Assembly (NCBI GenBank): GCA_977017645.1
Contig: OZ360229.1
Span: 22,816,001 to 22,880,000, forward strand
Reading direction: 5' to 3'
DNA from: Torpedo marmorata
Lineage: Eukaryota
DNA length: 64,000 nt
Each line of letters opens with the position of its first letter. Within the stretch, counting starts at the first letter, position 1. The position numbers and the translations under genes were made by a program. Below the pieces are notes generated by a model. That model was not told the DNA's origin. It saw only the letters and a list, made by a program, of their open reading frames with translations, and ran no database searches. Positions 47,759 through 61,546 of this stretch are shown piece after piece.

Positions 47759-48344
47759 GGAAATTTCAGCTTCGCACTTAGGGAGCAGAAGGCGCAGTTG
47801 CCACCAGTGGGGTGAGGGAAGTCAGCCTCTATCTTAACCCCACTTCACACTGGCAATCTTACCTGCTTCCCCTCAGTCCCAATACAGGGTCTCGACTTCA
47901 AATGTCAACTTACACCTTTTACTTCTACAGATGCTGCGAAACCTGCTGTGTTTCACCCAGGTCCTGTTCTTGAATTAATTGCTATTTAGTTGTCCGTCCT
48001 CTACTGCAGCAGTGATATTTTTTTTCTCCAATCTGCCATCCTGAGACTTGCTCAGCCAGTAGTGATGGACTGTTCCACATCCAATCAAATTTCATGTTGT
48101 TTCTCCCCGCACCCCCCCCCAACCCCCACTCCCATACTAATTACTGTGAGGAGACTTGAGGTTGGACAGAATTTCAAACCATTACCAACACCCCTAATCC
48201 CCCAGCCACATTTCCTCTAACATTCATTGCAACCTCTTCCAGCACCACAGGTCTTCCAGATTTCTTTGGTCCTCTTAATCCCGAGGTCTTGTGTTCACCT
48301 CTTTCCAGCTCCATAGTTTAGAAGATCTGTGTACTCTTTCAATT

Positions 48345-48820
48345 CTGTGTCTCACAACTTTAATTGAAAGGGTGTCATTAAATTGGAAAGGGTGCAGAAG
48401 AGATTCACCAGGATGTTACTGGAGGGCCCAAGGAATGGACTGGATAGTCTGGGTCTTTATTCCTAGGAGGCTGAAGGATGCCCTTATAGAGGTACACCAA
48501 ATCATGAGAGGCATGTATAAAATGAATGCTCAGTCATTTTCCTGGGGTAGATGATTCTAGAACCAGAGGGCATAGGTTTAATGTGAGAGTGGAGAGATTA
48601 AAGAGGGATCTGAGGGGCAATTTTCTCCATTCAGAGGGTAGTCCATATCTGAAATGAGGGGAACTTTGAAGTGGGCACAATGACAATGATAAAAAACATT
48701 TTGGACTGATATATGAATAGGAAGGGTATAGAAGAACATGGCCCAAATGCAAGCTAATGGGGTTGCCCCTGAACCCTACCTTGGTCAGCATGGACACGTA
48801 GGGCTCCATGACTCAATGAT
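48345..48820 (+). mobile_element. Degenerate CR1 3' fragment
   Basis: gtgcagaagagattcaccaggatg and agaaccagagggcataggttta, typical of the CR1 RT C-terminus. Confidence 0.7.
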
Positions 48821-49518
48821 CCACACTGCCCAGGCTCTCAGCTCTGGAATTCCCTTATTCAACCTTGCTAGTTCAATGTCCCTTCCTCCTTTAAAACTCT
48901 CCTTAAAACCTTCTGCTTGAGCACAACCGTTGGTCTGCCACCCTAATTAGTTGGTGTCATATGTTATTTGATGCTGCTTTGCAGAAACATCGAGCATTTT
49001 GTGACGTTCAAACCAATGCACATGTGCAAGCTCTCGCTTCATGTGCACAGCACCCTTATAAGTGGCAATATTGCAGCTGGAAAATTTGGAGTGAGAATGG
49101 GTAAACTTATCTTCCTCTCACATATCAATACCAACTGAACAGCTGTCTGGTAATTTGCTTTGGTCGTGAACTCTTCTCTATAGATATTTAGCTGTTTTCT
49201 AACAGAGTAATTAAACAAGTACCCCTTCCCTTTGCTTTTAACCCTGTGGTAAATTAGGCTCCATACGTTGAGGTTTGGACAACAGAGGGACTGGCTTGAT
49301 CGGATTACATCCTCTTCCTGCGTTACCCATTTTTCTCCCCTGATCTCCTGAAGGGGTGGGCTGCCATTCAGACAGTAGATAAGGCTGTCATCTCTGGTTA
49401 GGCAGTTTTCATCTCATGATCTCATTCAACTGGGCTCTTCCCATTCTCACCATTGGCCACACAATACATCCATCCTTCTGCTGCACTGCCTTTCCCATGG
49501 GCATTTGTTAAGCATATA

Positions 49519-49721
49519 CAGTCAACTCCCCAGTATCCGGCACCTATGGGGATTGGTAGATGCCGGATAAGTGAATTTTCCAGTTGCTTGAGATTGCGTG
49601 TTGCGTGATTGGCGAACTGACTGCTGGGGGCACCAATTTTAAACTTTCGCATTTTTTACCTATTTATTTTACGCGATTTATTTGCCAGTTGCTTGAATTC
49701 CGGATAACAGAGGTTTTACTG
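49519..49721. mobile_element. Tigger-like MITE
   Basis: TA|cagtcaactccccagtatccgg ... ccggataacagaggttttactg|TA. Confidence 0.7.
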
Positions 49722-50489
49722 TAGACCCTTTATGATTCAATAGGATAATTCTCAAACCAAGCCAAGATTTTCAAGTGCATATAAAAGATCTTCTGGCACA
49801 TTTCTGAAGATCCGAGAAGTTTTCTCCAGCATCTTTGCCAGCACTCAGTCCTCAACCAACATCACTAGATGATCTGACCATTAATCACTGGACATTTTGC
49901 AAGTTGGCTGCTGAGTTTCCTTGGTTATATCAACTTCAACATTTCAAAAGTAATTTAACATAGAGCATTTGCCAGATCTTAGAAAGTGCAGTTTAATTGT
50001 AAGAAGTTCTGGAAGAACACAAGGATAGGAATTTAAAATTTGAACCATTTCCAATGTAAGTCAGTGAGCTCCATGGAGACCATTATTAATGACATGTAGT
50101 GTTAAAGCAGTGAGTCTTGTTCCTGAGATGTCAGATGAATTAAATTCATAAAGATGACACCTTAGCTGGAAACTCTCAAACTGCCCGAGTTAGTGAAGGA
50201 TTTGCTATTTTGCACAATAAACCAGCAGGACACATCCACCTTTAACTGAATGAATGAAGAAACTGCATTTATATTGTAACTTTCACAAGTCCCAAATTCT
50301 TCACTCAGTTAATTAGGTTGGAGGTGTTGTCATATTGTAATGCAAAAAGAACAGCCAAATTGTGCATAACCCATCCCACACAAACAGCAATGAGTTAATT
50401 GACCAGATAATCTATATTTTTTTGCAATGATTGTTATACAATAAGCACTAAGATACCAAAAATAATTCCTCCAAATAACATCTGAAGAT

Positions 50490-51157
50490 ATTTTATTTAG
50501 GCACCTGCCTACATTTTGCTCATACCTTGATGAAGGCTCAGGCCCGAAAAATTGGTTATGTTTCTTTACTCTATAAAGTACGCTGTTTGACCTGCCGAGC
50601 TTCTCCAGCATTGTGTTTTTACTGAGGATCTTTTATCTGTCTACCTGAGCAGGATGACAGAACCTCAGTATAGTCTCTTCTGAAGATTGTCACCTCTGTG
50701 TCTATATTCTGATGTTATTTTGCTCTGTCTAAATGGCATTAACATAAACTTCTCTGGTTTCTGTTAGCTCCCCAGCCCCCCTCCCCCCCCCCCATCCCTC
50801 CTTTCCTCTAGCTGTCTCTTCCCTATCTCCTTTCCCTCAGCTCTGCATTCAGAGCCAACTCTCCCCCCCCCCCACAATCAATTCTCACGTTTCCTCTCTC
50901 CTGTCCTCCTATACATATCCAATTAACACCTTTTTGTTTGTTGGTCTGTACTCTTCTCCCTGCCTATTCTTCCCTTTACCCAGCCTTTTAATTCAAGCTC
51001 CTGCCTGCTTTTTGCTTATCCCTTGAAGGAGGGCTCAGGCCCGAAACGTCGGTTATATATCTTTACCTCCTATGGTTGCTGCGTGACCTGCTCAGGTCCT
51101 CCAGCATTTTTGTGCTTTGACTACAATCACAGCATCTGCAGACTTTCATGATTCACT
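50490..51157 (+). mobile_element. Two Penelope-type pseudo-LTR remnants
   Basis: cataccttgatgaaggctcaggcccgaaaa near 50521 and ccttgaaggagggctcaggcccgaaacgtcgg near 51021. Confidence 0.65.
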
Positions 51158-52009
51158 GCGTAATTCAAATTCCTGAACACAACTTGAACCCATGAACTTT
51201 GAGTGAAGAAGTCTCTTTAGTTTTCCCACTTGCGCTGAATCACTTTGACAGGAAGGTTATAGGCCCATCCAAAATTACCCATGGTTTGCAAGGTTTTAAA
51301 CAATTCCACGTTATTTTACCAGAACTCGCTTCAGCAAAATAATAGACAGAATAAGATAAAATACCATGATACCATTGAATGATATATGATGCAATGTGCA
51401 AAAGGATGATGCAAGAGAGTGTGATAAACAAACACCTGCATTTTGGATAAAGAAACATTTGGCATATATAGTGAAATGTGAACTGGTATATGAAAATGTA
51501 ATATGTAGAAGGGAGAGGAAGACAAAATGGGGAGGGGAGTGGAATGGAGTTGGACTGAGAATGGATAGATTCATCAAGTCTGTTACTTGCTGTGGGAACA
51601 AACTTCTGAACATGGACCTTAATTGAGGCCAATCATCTCACTGTGATGAATCATTGCAACACAGACCATCAAAGCTTGGTCTCCTTAGCAAGTTGTGACA
51701 GTACGACTTCATCCTCAGGCACCATGAGGAGAAAGAAAGACAGCAGTTAATATTAAGCAATCTGTGTCATAGAGAGTAGTTAACATTAAACAATCGGTCA
51801 TGAATCAGAATTAAATCGCTTATTTTAGCAAGTAAATTTTTTTTTAAAGTTTGTTCTCGAAATGATGAGATTGCAAAATTCTGTACCCACCACTACCACT
51901 TCCCCTGGCAGCTCTTTCCATATCTCTACCACCCTCCACACTTCAGTGAAAGAGGGCATTGGTGAGACTACGTCTGGTATTCTGTGGACAATATTAGTTT
52001 TACAAGGAA

Positions 52010-53175
52010 GTCTGCAGACGCTGTGATTGTAATTCAATGCACAAAAGTGCTGGAGAAACTCAGTCGGTCACACAGCATCTATAGGAAGTAAAGCATTATG
52101 GGCCTGTGCCCTCCCTCAAGGTGCAAGCAAACAGCAGGCAGTTGCCTGAATAAAAAAGTAAAACACGAAAATCTGTAGACACCGTGGTTGAAGTAAAAAA
52201 CAAATGCTGGAGAAACTCAGCAGGACAAACAGTGTCTTTTATGTAGCAAAGGTAGAAATACATAACCGACGTTTCAGGCTTGAGCCCTTCATCAAAGTAT
52301 GAGAATATGCCGGCAAGCGTCCGAACAAAAGAGTGAGGGGGGGGGGGGATGGCAAAGGCAGGAGATGATAGGTGGAGAAAGGAGGGAGGGGACAGCAGCA
52401 GAGGGGGAGGAGGGATGGCTGGGTAGGTGGGAAAAAAACAGGAAGGACAGGTGAGGGGGGAGGGGAAGGAAAAGACAAGCAGGTTTAGTGGAAAGCAGAA
52501 AAGTCAATGTTAATGCCATCTGGCTGGAGAGTGCCCAGACGGAAAATGAGATGTTGTTCCTCCAATTTGCGGGTAGTCTGGGCGGGATAGTACATAAGGC
52601 CATGGACAGACATGTGAGTGTGGGAGTGTGACTCGGAATTGAAATGGTTGGCTACTGGGAGGTTGCTGTTGTTGCGGACGGAGAGGAGGTGCTCAGCAAA
52701 GCGATCTCCCAATCTACGACCGGTCTCTCCGATGTAGAGAAAGCCACAAAGGGAGCACCGGATTTTTACGGAGGAGGTGCTCAGCAAAGCGATCTCCCAA
52801 TTTTTAGAGGAGGTGCTCAGCAATTTTTACGGAGAGGAGGTGCTCAGCTTGAATAAAAAGGTGGGGGGAGGAGAGGAGAGAAGGGAGGAGCACAGGCTAA
52901 CAGGTAAGAGGCTATAGGTGGGAGGGTAGAAGAGAGAAAAGTCGAGGTGATAGGGGGAGGGTGTAGATCTCTGAATGAAGAGGGAAGGGAGTGGGCAGGT
53001 GGAGGAAAGGAGACAGATAGGCAAAGAGAGAGACTCGGCAGAAGGTTTTAACGGAAGCTGGAGGTCTATGTTAATGCCGTCAGGTTGGAGAGTGCCCAGG
53101 TGGAATATTAGGTGTCGTTCCTCCAATATGTGGGTTGCCTTGGTTTGGCAGTGCACGAGGCCACGGATGGACAAT
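52010..53175 (-). mobile_element. Young Penelope 3' fragment (~52157-52849) nested in an older Penelope remnant
   Basis: The GIY-YIG C-terminus is nearly identical to 17673-17952. Direct repeat tgaataaaaa near 52147 and 52850. The older copy encodes LEERHLIFHLGTLQPDGINID. Confidence 0.85.
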
Positions 53176-53789
53176 ATTAGTTTCCCTATTTATGGAATGA
53201 TATAAATGCATTGGAAGCAGATCACAGATTTACTATACAGGGAAAAGTTAAACAGTCTTAACTGCAGTTTAACAGGCTGAAACTGGAGTTAAGTATTTCA
53301 AGGCTGGAGATACTTAACTCTGTATCCACCAGAGAAGAGCGAGATTACTTGGTTGAAATTTTAAGATCCTGGGGTATCTTGACATATAGAATATTTCCTC
53401 TTGTGGGATAAATCTAGAACTAAGGGACAGTATTTTAGATTCTTGATAAGTAACGGAGTGAAAGAGCAGACAGGAATGTGGAATTGAGTTTACAATCTAA
53501 TCAGCTTCATCTTATGACATGACAGAGCAGGTTTGTGCTGCCAAGGAGCTCTCCTGCCCCAAATGTTACATTCATGTGTATGCAAATCCAGACATAGATT
53601 TAAGATCAGTGAACCTAGAGAGGAAGAACACAGGTTAGTATTTCTCCAGTAGCACTTTATTTAATGCCCCTGTTGGCAATGATGTGTAGAAGTTTGGACA
53701 AGTGATTACTGAGACACAAACAGAATGCTGGAACCTCAGCAGGTCCCGGGACACACAAGGAGAGAGGTAATCATGGATTTCCCTTTAAA

Positions 53790-54030
53790 CAAGAAAATCT
53801 CCAGATACTGGAGTCCAATTCATAAAATTGCTGGAGAAACAGAGTTCAAGTAGCATCCATAAGTCAGTAGTAAAAGGCGGTCAACATTTCGGGCCTGAGC
53901 CCTTCGTCGGGAATGTAGACAAAGGGCTTGGGCCCGAAATATTGATTGCCTTTCACTTTCTATGAGCGCTGCGTGGCCTGCTGAGCTAATCCAGCACTTT
54001 TGTGTATTGCCTGAGTTCCCAGCTGTTGGC
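53790..54030. mobile_element. Old inverted pair of Penelope terminal fragments
   Basis: Inverted atttcgggcctgagccctt and aagggcttgggcccgaaat, with outer arms tgctggagaaac and ccagcacttttgtg. Confidence 0.6.
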
Positions 54031-54504
54031 CACTTTAATTCTCTATCTCCACTCTCATATGATCCTTTGTGTCTCTTTAGTACTACAATGAATTCAACAG
54101 TTTCAGATAATCAATTTTTCAAATTGAATCACAAATGGCTAGTGCTGATGAAATGTCAACAACCCGAAATGTTAGTACATTGGGGCCCAGTTATAACTCA
54201 AACTCCAAGGTACAGCAAAATGTAATGTATAACAAATTAATGGTGTGACATCTCCAAAAAGATGGGAAAAGCAATGTAAGCACTGACGGTACGTTTAGTT
54301 TTCTTTTCTTTTATTTGTAATTTCTGTTTTTTAGGTTTTGTATTTTCCTCTTTAGTTGGTGGGGGGGGGGGGAGAGGGGAAGAGAAATTTTAAAATAATG
54401 TATACAATTGGAAACTGTACGATTATGTTTAAATTGTTAATCTTTGTGAAAAATGAAAAAATTAAATATTCCAAAAAACCCGAAATGTTAACTTGGTTTA
54501 TCTA

Positions 54505-54790
54505 TTTAAATTTTTTTAATTAAATTTAAATTTTAAATTTAGACATACAGCACGGTAACAGGCCATTTCGGCCCACGAGTCCGTGCCGCCCAATTTACAC
54601 CCAATTAACCTACACCCCCGGTACGTTTTTTTTTTGAACGGTGGGAGGAAACCGGAGCTCCCGGGGAAAACCCACGCAGACACGGGGAGAACATACAAAC
54701 TCCTTACAGACAGCGCGGGATTCAAGCCCCGGTCCCGATCGCAGGCACTGTAAAGGCGTTGCACTAACCGCGACGCCAACGGTGCCGCCC
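54505..54790 (-). mobile_element. Full-length HE1/V-SINE-like tRNA-derived SINE
   Basis: The minus strand begins gggcggcaccgttggcgtcgcggttag (A-box-like), then cttgaatcc (B-box-like), the V-domain-like gagtttgtatgttctccccgtgtctgcgtgggttt, and an AT-rich tail. Confidence 0.8.
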
Positions 54791-55150
54791 TCTCTCCGCA
54801 GGTGCTGTGTGGCTTGCAGAATATGACCAACATTTCCATTTTTACCCCCATGACACATCATTCCCATCATTAAACTGCCTGCAGAAATCTAGTATGAAGT
54901 GGGAGTAATTCGATAGCTCTTCCAAATAGCCAGCAGCGGAAAATTCATCCCCCTACAGGACATAATTCAATTACACATTAGTCCTCACTCACATGAGCTG
55001 CCAACACAACAAAAATGACAAAACAAACAGAGGATTAATTTCAGATGTTGTTTGTGAATGGATAGAGAACCAAGCAGTGGGACTGCAGTGATTTGTTTGA
55101 ATCCCTCAGTATACCCATGTTTATTACACTGTGGCATCTATTTCCAGTCA

Positions 55151-57040
55151 GCCTGATACCAAACACCGGGTGTTCCCCAACCAGAAGCCCTGGATGAATC
55201 AGAGAATTTGCAACCTGCTGAGGGCAAGAACAAGGGCGTTTAAGGCCGGGGACCGGGATCTTTACAAGATGTCCAGGCACGACCTGCAGAAGGCCATCTC
55301 TGAAGCAAAGTGGCAATTCCAGAGGAAGCGAGAGACAGAGACAGATACACGCCAGCTATGGCAGGGAGTGCACGCCATTACAGCCTACAAAGTGAGGGCG
55401 AACACTATAGACGGCTGTGATGCTTCACTACCCAATGAGCTGAACACCTTCTATGCCCGCTTTGAGAAGAACCAAACAGTGCCAACGAGAATTCCTGAAA
55501 AGGCTGAGGACCCTGTGATATCTGTCTCTGAGGGCGACGTCAGAACATCATTCAAGAGGGTGAACCCTCACAAGGCGTCAGGCCCTGACGGCGTACCTGG
55601 CAGGGTACTGAAAATCTGCGCCAACCAACTAGCCGGAGTGTTCACAGACATTTTCAACCTCTCATTGCGGCAGTCAGAGGTTCCCACCTGCTTCAAAAGG
55701 GCATCAATCATCCCGGTACCCAAGAAGAGTAGTGTGAGCTGCCTCAACGACTACCGCCCAGAAGCACTAACTTCTACTGTGATGAAATGCTTTGAAAGGC
55801 TGGTCATGGCCAGAATTAACACGTACCCTAAGCAAAGATTGGACTCACTGCAATTCGCCTATCGTCACAATCACTCCACAGCAGATGCAATATCGCTGGC
55901 TCTCCACTCAGCTCTGGATCACCTCGAAAACAGCAATTCATACATACGGCTGCTCTTCATCGACTACAGCTCAGCCTTCAATACCATTATTCCCTCAGTG
56001 CTGGTCAAGAAGCTACAAGCTCTAGGCCTCTGTACCCCCCTCTGCAACTATATCCTTGACTTTCTCATCGGAAGACCACAGTCAGTACGAATTGGAAACA
56101 ACGTCTCCTCCTCACTGATTATCAACACAGGCGCACCCTAAGGATGCGTGCTTAGTCCACTGCTCTACTCATTATACACCCATGACTGCGTGGGCAGGCA
56201 CAATTCCAATGCCATCTACAAGTTTGCCGATAACACCACAGTTGTCGGCAGAATCACAAACAGCAATGAGGAAGCGTACAGGAGGGAGATAGATCAGCTC
56301 GTTGAATGGTGTAACGACAACAACCTTACGCTCAATGTCAGCAAAACCAAGGAGATGGTTGTGGACTTCAGGAGGAAGTCAGGGGAACACGACCCAGTCC
56401 TCATTGAGGGCTCAGTAATGGAGAGGGTCAAGAACTTCAAATTCCTGGGTGTCAACATCTCCAAGGATCTGCCCTGGAGCCTCCAGGTTGATGCAATCAC
56501 AAAGAAGGCTCGCCAGCAGCTATACTTTGTGAGATTCGGTATGTCACCAAAGACTCTCGTAAACTTCTACAGGTGTACCGTGGAGAGCATTCTGGCTGGT
56601 TGTATCACTGCCTGGTATGGAGGCGCCAACTCTCCGGACAAGAATAAACTCCAGAGGGTTGTTAACTCGGCCTGTGACATCACAGGCACCAAACTTCACT
56701 CCATCGAGGACATCTACATGAAGCAGTGTCTTAAAAAAGCAGCCTCTATCCTCAAAGACCCCCACCACCCAGGCCATGCCCTCTTCACTTTGCTACCATC
56801 GGGAAAAAGGCACAGGAGCCTAAAGTCGAGCACTCAACGGCACAAGGACAGCTTCTTCCCCGCTGCCATCAGATTCCTGAATAATCAATGAACCAAAGAC
56901 ACCGCCTTACTTTTCGTGCACTATTTTTATTTATTTTTTATAGTAATGGCGTAAGATGGTAATAATATGAATGTTTGCACTATGATGCTGCTGCAAAACA
57001 CCGAATTTCATGACTTGTTCATGACAATAAATTCTGATTT
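55151..57040 (+). mobile_element. Rex1/Babar LINE, 5'-truncated RT with a nonsense mutation at 56139-56141
   Basis: Motifs [34 protein letters not shown] and KFADN; tail acaataaattctgat. Confidence 0.92.
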
Positions 57041-57234
57041 TTCTGGTCCTATGCCTGGGCTTGTGTTGTGTGCAGTGTAATTATGACACAACATGTGTCA
57101 ACATCTGCTGAACAGCAAAAGAAAATGGCCTTGCATTTCCTCCCTTCCCCCCCTGCTTGTTCTTTCAGACTTACATGGATTGGTTTTTCAGCTGTTTATC
57201 CCATAAACAACCTCAATATCTTTTCTGTTTGCGA

Positions 57235-57448
57235 GACAGGTACAGGAGCCTGACGACGAGCACTCAGTGGCACAAGGACAGATTCTTTGCCTCTGCCATC
57301 AGATTCCTGAATGAACAATGAACCACAGGCACTGTCTTACTTTTACCTTATACTATTTAAAAAAATTTTTGTAAGATGGTTTGCAGTGATGCTTCCGCAA
57401 AACAACGAATTCCGTGACATGTACATGACAATAAATTCTGATTCTGAC
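57235..57448 (+). mobile_element. Rex1/Babar 3' terminal fragment
   Basis: Similar to 56805-57040, with tail aataaattctgattctga. Confidence 0.75.
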
Positions 57449-58000
57449 TTTGCTGCATGTTTTACTAAAGAGTAATGAGGTTGATGAAGTGAAACAGAAA
57501 CAAGTGAACATGAGAGTGAAATGCGTGAAGAGCAAGGTACACAAGACCCAGCTTCATGAAGTGTGTGTACATACAAGAAGTGTGCATGCACAAGAGCGTG
57601 GTAGTACATGGAGCACGAATTTCACAAGACAGGTAGGTAAAGAATCATGAGAACAGAGTTGGAGGTACATTAAAGTTGTGGCTCTGCTCTGGGATGAGAA
57701 AATTGGCAAGGAACCATGATCTGCTGATCTTTCGGCCTTTCATTGTGCAATCATCCCGACTCACGAGTGGACTTTGATGTCACAGTGCAATATGGATAGA
57801 GCTAAGTTGTTATTGAGCTTAAACCTCTTCAGGAATAATTTACTGCTGGCAATATAAAAAAAGACTGATCTCAAAAGATAACCGTTGAAAAACGACTTGT
57901 TCAGTAAACAGACAACATACTGGAGCAGGTGGAGTCACTGAAGTTCTCTTTTCTGCTGATCTTCATGAAACCTCAAGTAACTCAGCCTCACGTCTCTCTA

Positions 58001-58808
58001 GCCCCTTTCACACCGCCAAATGAACCGGCCAACGTAGCGGGTCCATACCGGGTAATCGTGCGGTGGGAAAGGTCCCAACAACCGGGCAGGGCGAGTAAAA
58101 ATCAACCGGGCTGTGACTCTTGGTGCAGGGGGGGGGGGGAGTCAGAGCCCGGCCGAGTAAACTCACTAATCACTCTCTGGCGTTGTGAATGCGCAACCTG
58201 CTCTATCGGGTACCATTAGTGACGTTAGTGTGTGCGTCAGTCTGGTAGTATTATAAGTAATCTTGAGATGATTTAAAGCACAGGTACGCGCTGACGGCTC
58301 CACTGGCCGCCCTGTGAAATGTAACTGCACAGTAATATTTCACAGGGCGACCGGCGGGGCTGTTAGCGTGTACCTGTGCTTTAAATCATCTCAAGATTAC
58401 TTATAATACCTAATACAATGTAATGCTATGTAAATAGTTGTTATACTCTATTGTTTAGGGAATAATGACAAGCTGGTCTGTGGGTTTGTCCTAAGTTTGA
58501 ACAGTCTGAAGCCCACTGCGGTAGATTTTCCTATGGTCTTTTATACATTGAGCGCATATGTCTTATTAAATTGTGCGTGTTTTTTCCCACGGCCTTTTAT
58601 ACATTGCTTTATTCCCGCTACGATTTCACTGCCCTGCGAGTACGTAATACGTCACTCGTGACATCACCGCTGGAGGTGGGACCCCCCCTTAGATTCAAGA
58701 GATCCAGATGAACCAAGTAAATCATGGTCCAGTGTGAATGGCTTACCGGGTACTGCATGCCCGGTAAGTTTACCCGCTTCCCAGGAGGGTTGGCGGTGTG
58801 AAAGTGGC
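58001..58808. mobile_element. PIF/Harbinger-like MITE, copy 2
   Basis: TIRs gcccctttcacaccgcca and tggcggtgtgaaagtggc, flanked by ta. Internal homology to 31510-32402 in reverse orientation. Confidence 0.72.
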
Positions 58809-59007
58809 TACTGTCATCTTTGGGTTAATTGGCTCCATTGGAGGGAATAGGAGCCAATCCAGGCTTTAGTGCTGGGGATAACCTTTGCTAATTAGGGTCT
58901 CTTTTTAATTAAAGAAATTCAGGAAGCTGAGCCGAAAAGAGCAACTCAAATTGAGTTGCTGAGCTGGCAACTAAAACAAATGCAAGGCATTCAGCAAAAG
59001 AAAAAGG

Positions 59008-59106
59008 ATTTTTAAAATTCAGACATACAGCACGGTAATAGGCCATTTCGGCCCACGAGCCTGTGCTGCCCAATTGACACCCAATTAACCTATAACCCCG
59101 GTACAT
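59008..59106 (-). mobile_element. 3' part of an HE1/V-SINE-like element
   Basis: Matches 54535-54626. Confidence 0.7.
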
Positions 59107-59719
59107 TTCGTATGAGGTCATGAGAAAATTATTTTAAGGTAGCAATTGTTTAAACATGCAATGCCCATCCCCAACAGCAGCAGAATCAGAATCTTTTAAA
59201 GTATTTAAACGTTCTTCTTTTAAAATGTAAAGGGTGCGGAGATATCTTGAGAAAGAGTTTAGGCAGATTGCTCTTTCAAAGGGAGGCAACGGGTGTAAGA
59301 GGTCTCATGTCATTGACATCTATGAAAACTTGGAAGATGTAAATTTGTTTATAGTGCTGGGTCCTTTCCATAGGCCTTGGGAACCTCATTCATAGCATTA
59401 GAGTGTTTACAATGAAGAAACCGACCCAAGGTTCACCGGGTCCAAGTTAGTGTTTATACTCTATGCAAATCCGTTCCTGCTTCATTAAACATCACCTCAC
59501 CAACTCATTAGTTTCTTCATTTATCCAGCCTTCCCTTAAATCCACTCTATTTCCCCTAACTACTGCACAAGTTCGTTCATTTGACTGCTCTGTGCTTGAA
59601 GCTTCTCCTGACTGAATCCATTAATGGTTATATTTATAGTCTTAAGTTTTGAACTCTCCCATCAGTGCCAACATTTTCTTTGCTGTTATTCCTTCAAACC
59701 ATCATAGCTGAAAAATTCT

Positions 59720-60300
59720 CCACCATGGCATCTCTCGAAGAAAGAGCCCCAGTTTTTTCCCCCCAATCTTAGGATGGAAACAACTTGTTATTAGAACAGC
59801 ACAGAGTTCCCTGTGTGCTGACCATGATGCCAATCCAACTAATTCCACCTCCCAGCACATGGTCCTTATACCTCTATCCTGCCTATTTAAATATCTCTTA
59901 AATGTTGCTGTCATATTCTAGACACCATGCATAAAAAAACTTGCCTCACACATCTTTCAGCACCCTGCCCACCCCCCCCCCCACCTAAATTGTATGCCCT
60001 CCAGTATGATATTTACACCCTGGGGGGAAAGAAAGACCATCTACCCTATCTCCGCACTCAATTTTATACACACCCATCAGTTCACCCTTCAGCCTGCAAT
60101 GCTCCAGAAAAAAAACAAACCAACTTTGCCCAACCTCTCCTTGTAGATAATACACTCCAAATCAGGCAAGATCCAGGTGAACATCTCCTGCACCCTCTCC
60201 AAAGCCACCCCCCCCCCATATCCTTCCTATGGTGTTGAATTGCACATAATACAACAAATGTGGCTTAACCAAAGTTTTGTGCAGCTGCAATGTGACTTGC
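59720..60300 (-). mobile_element. Degenerate CR1 3' fragment
   Basis: Reverse complement of CR1 motifs, for example atccaggtgaacatctcctgcaccctctcc and tgcacataatac...tgtggcttaacc. Confidence 0.6.
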
Positions 60301-60589
60301 AAACATTTATACTGTTTCGGACCATTTCCAAAGAAGTGCCTTTTCTATAGAAAGCAAGACTGTGCATCTTCATTTGTGGTCCAATGCAAATATAACGTGA
60401 CTGCTATGTTGTTAAATGTTTCCATGCAAATAAACCTCAGTGCTTTGCCCTTTGTCTTTGTTATTCGACAGTACTACTTTCACCGATCTGTGAATCTGTA
60501 CTTTCAGGGCTCTTTCCTGCTCTTTCACAGGCCTAAGACCACACGACTTCCTCGTTACTTCTGCCAAAATGCACCACTTCACTTTCAAT

Positions 60590-61020
60590 TCAGGACCACA
60601 AGAGTGGCAGAGAGGATCACTGGGGTCTTCCCTCCCCATCGTGATCTACCGGGATCATTGTCTGAAGAGGGCACACAAAATTGTTGAGGATCCCTTCCAC
60701 ACAGCATCTTTCAGCTGCTCCCGTCGGCAAAGAGACACAGGAGTATCAGAGCCAGCACCACCAGGCCGAGAAACACCTTCTTCCCACGGGCATTAAGAAT
60801 GCTGAACGACCAAAGGAAATGCTCACACTCGCCATCAGAGACATTAAAATTTACTAAACAGTATTTATTTGTATATATGAATACTTGTCCTGCACATGTA
60901 TTGTTTGTCTGTATGAGTGTTATGACTGGTTGTGTATCTGCACATTTTGCACCGAGGACTGGAGAATGCTGTTTTGTCGGGTTGTACTTGTGTAATCGGA
61001 TGATAAACTTGACTCATTTG
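60590..61020 (+). mobile_element. Old Rex1/L2-type LINE 3' fragment
   Basis: Encodes RVAERITG and IYRDHCLKRAHKIVEDPFH. Confidence 0.65.
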
Positions 61021-61546
61021 CATTGAATATAGTTTAAAACTGCACAGCTCATTGACATCCCATAAAACTGCCCAAGGCAGGCTCTTCCATTGCAAATACT
61101 CCCAGTACCAGGTGCATTTTCATTCCCAGCCCCACCCTCTTCAAAGAAACTACAAGCAAAGTGCAAGACAATTCAAGACACCAGAATAAATACCTCATAA
61201 ATAAGCAAGTAAATCCAATTCTGAAATCCCAAAGTACTGATAATCATACTGGAGCTCAATGATATGCATTCACAAGCCCCTGCTTCTAGACACCGTGCAC
61301 TTACTACCAGTTGACATTGCTTCAGCCTCTCAAATGGCCAATGTGTGACCTAAATCTACCACTCTTTGGTTTAAAGTTATTAGACTTGGAATCCATTGCC
61401 AATTGAAGTCGAGTTCCAAACCTAAACCATTTTTCTGAAGAATTGGTTGTTTTTTTGGGTTTTTAAAAAAAATCTCTACTCTTCAAAGGTTTGGCTTTAA
61501 GACTATACCAAATAATAGCTTAAAATTTCTGCTTTATTAGAAGATC

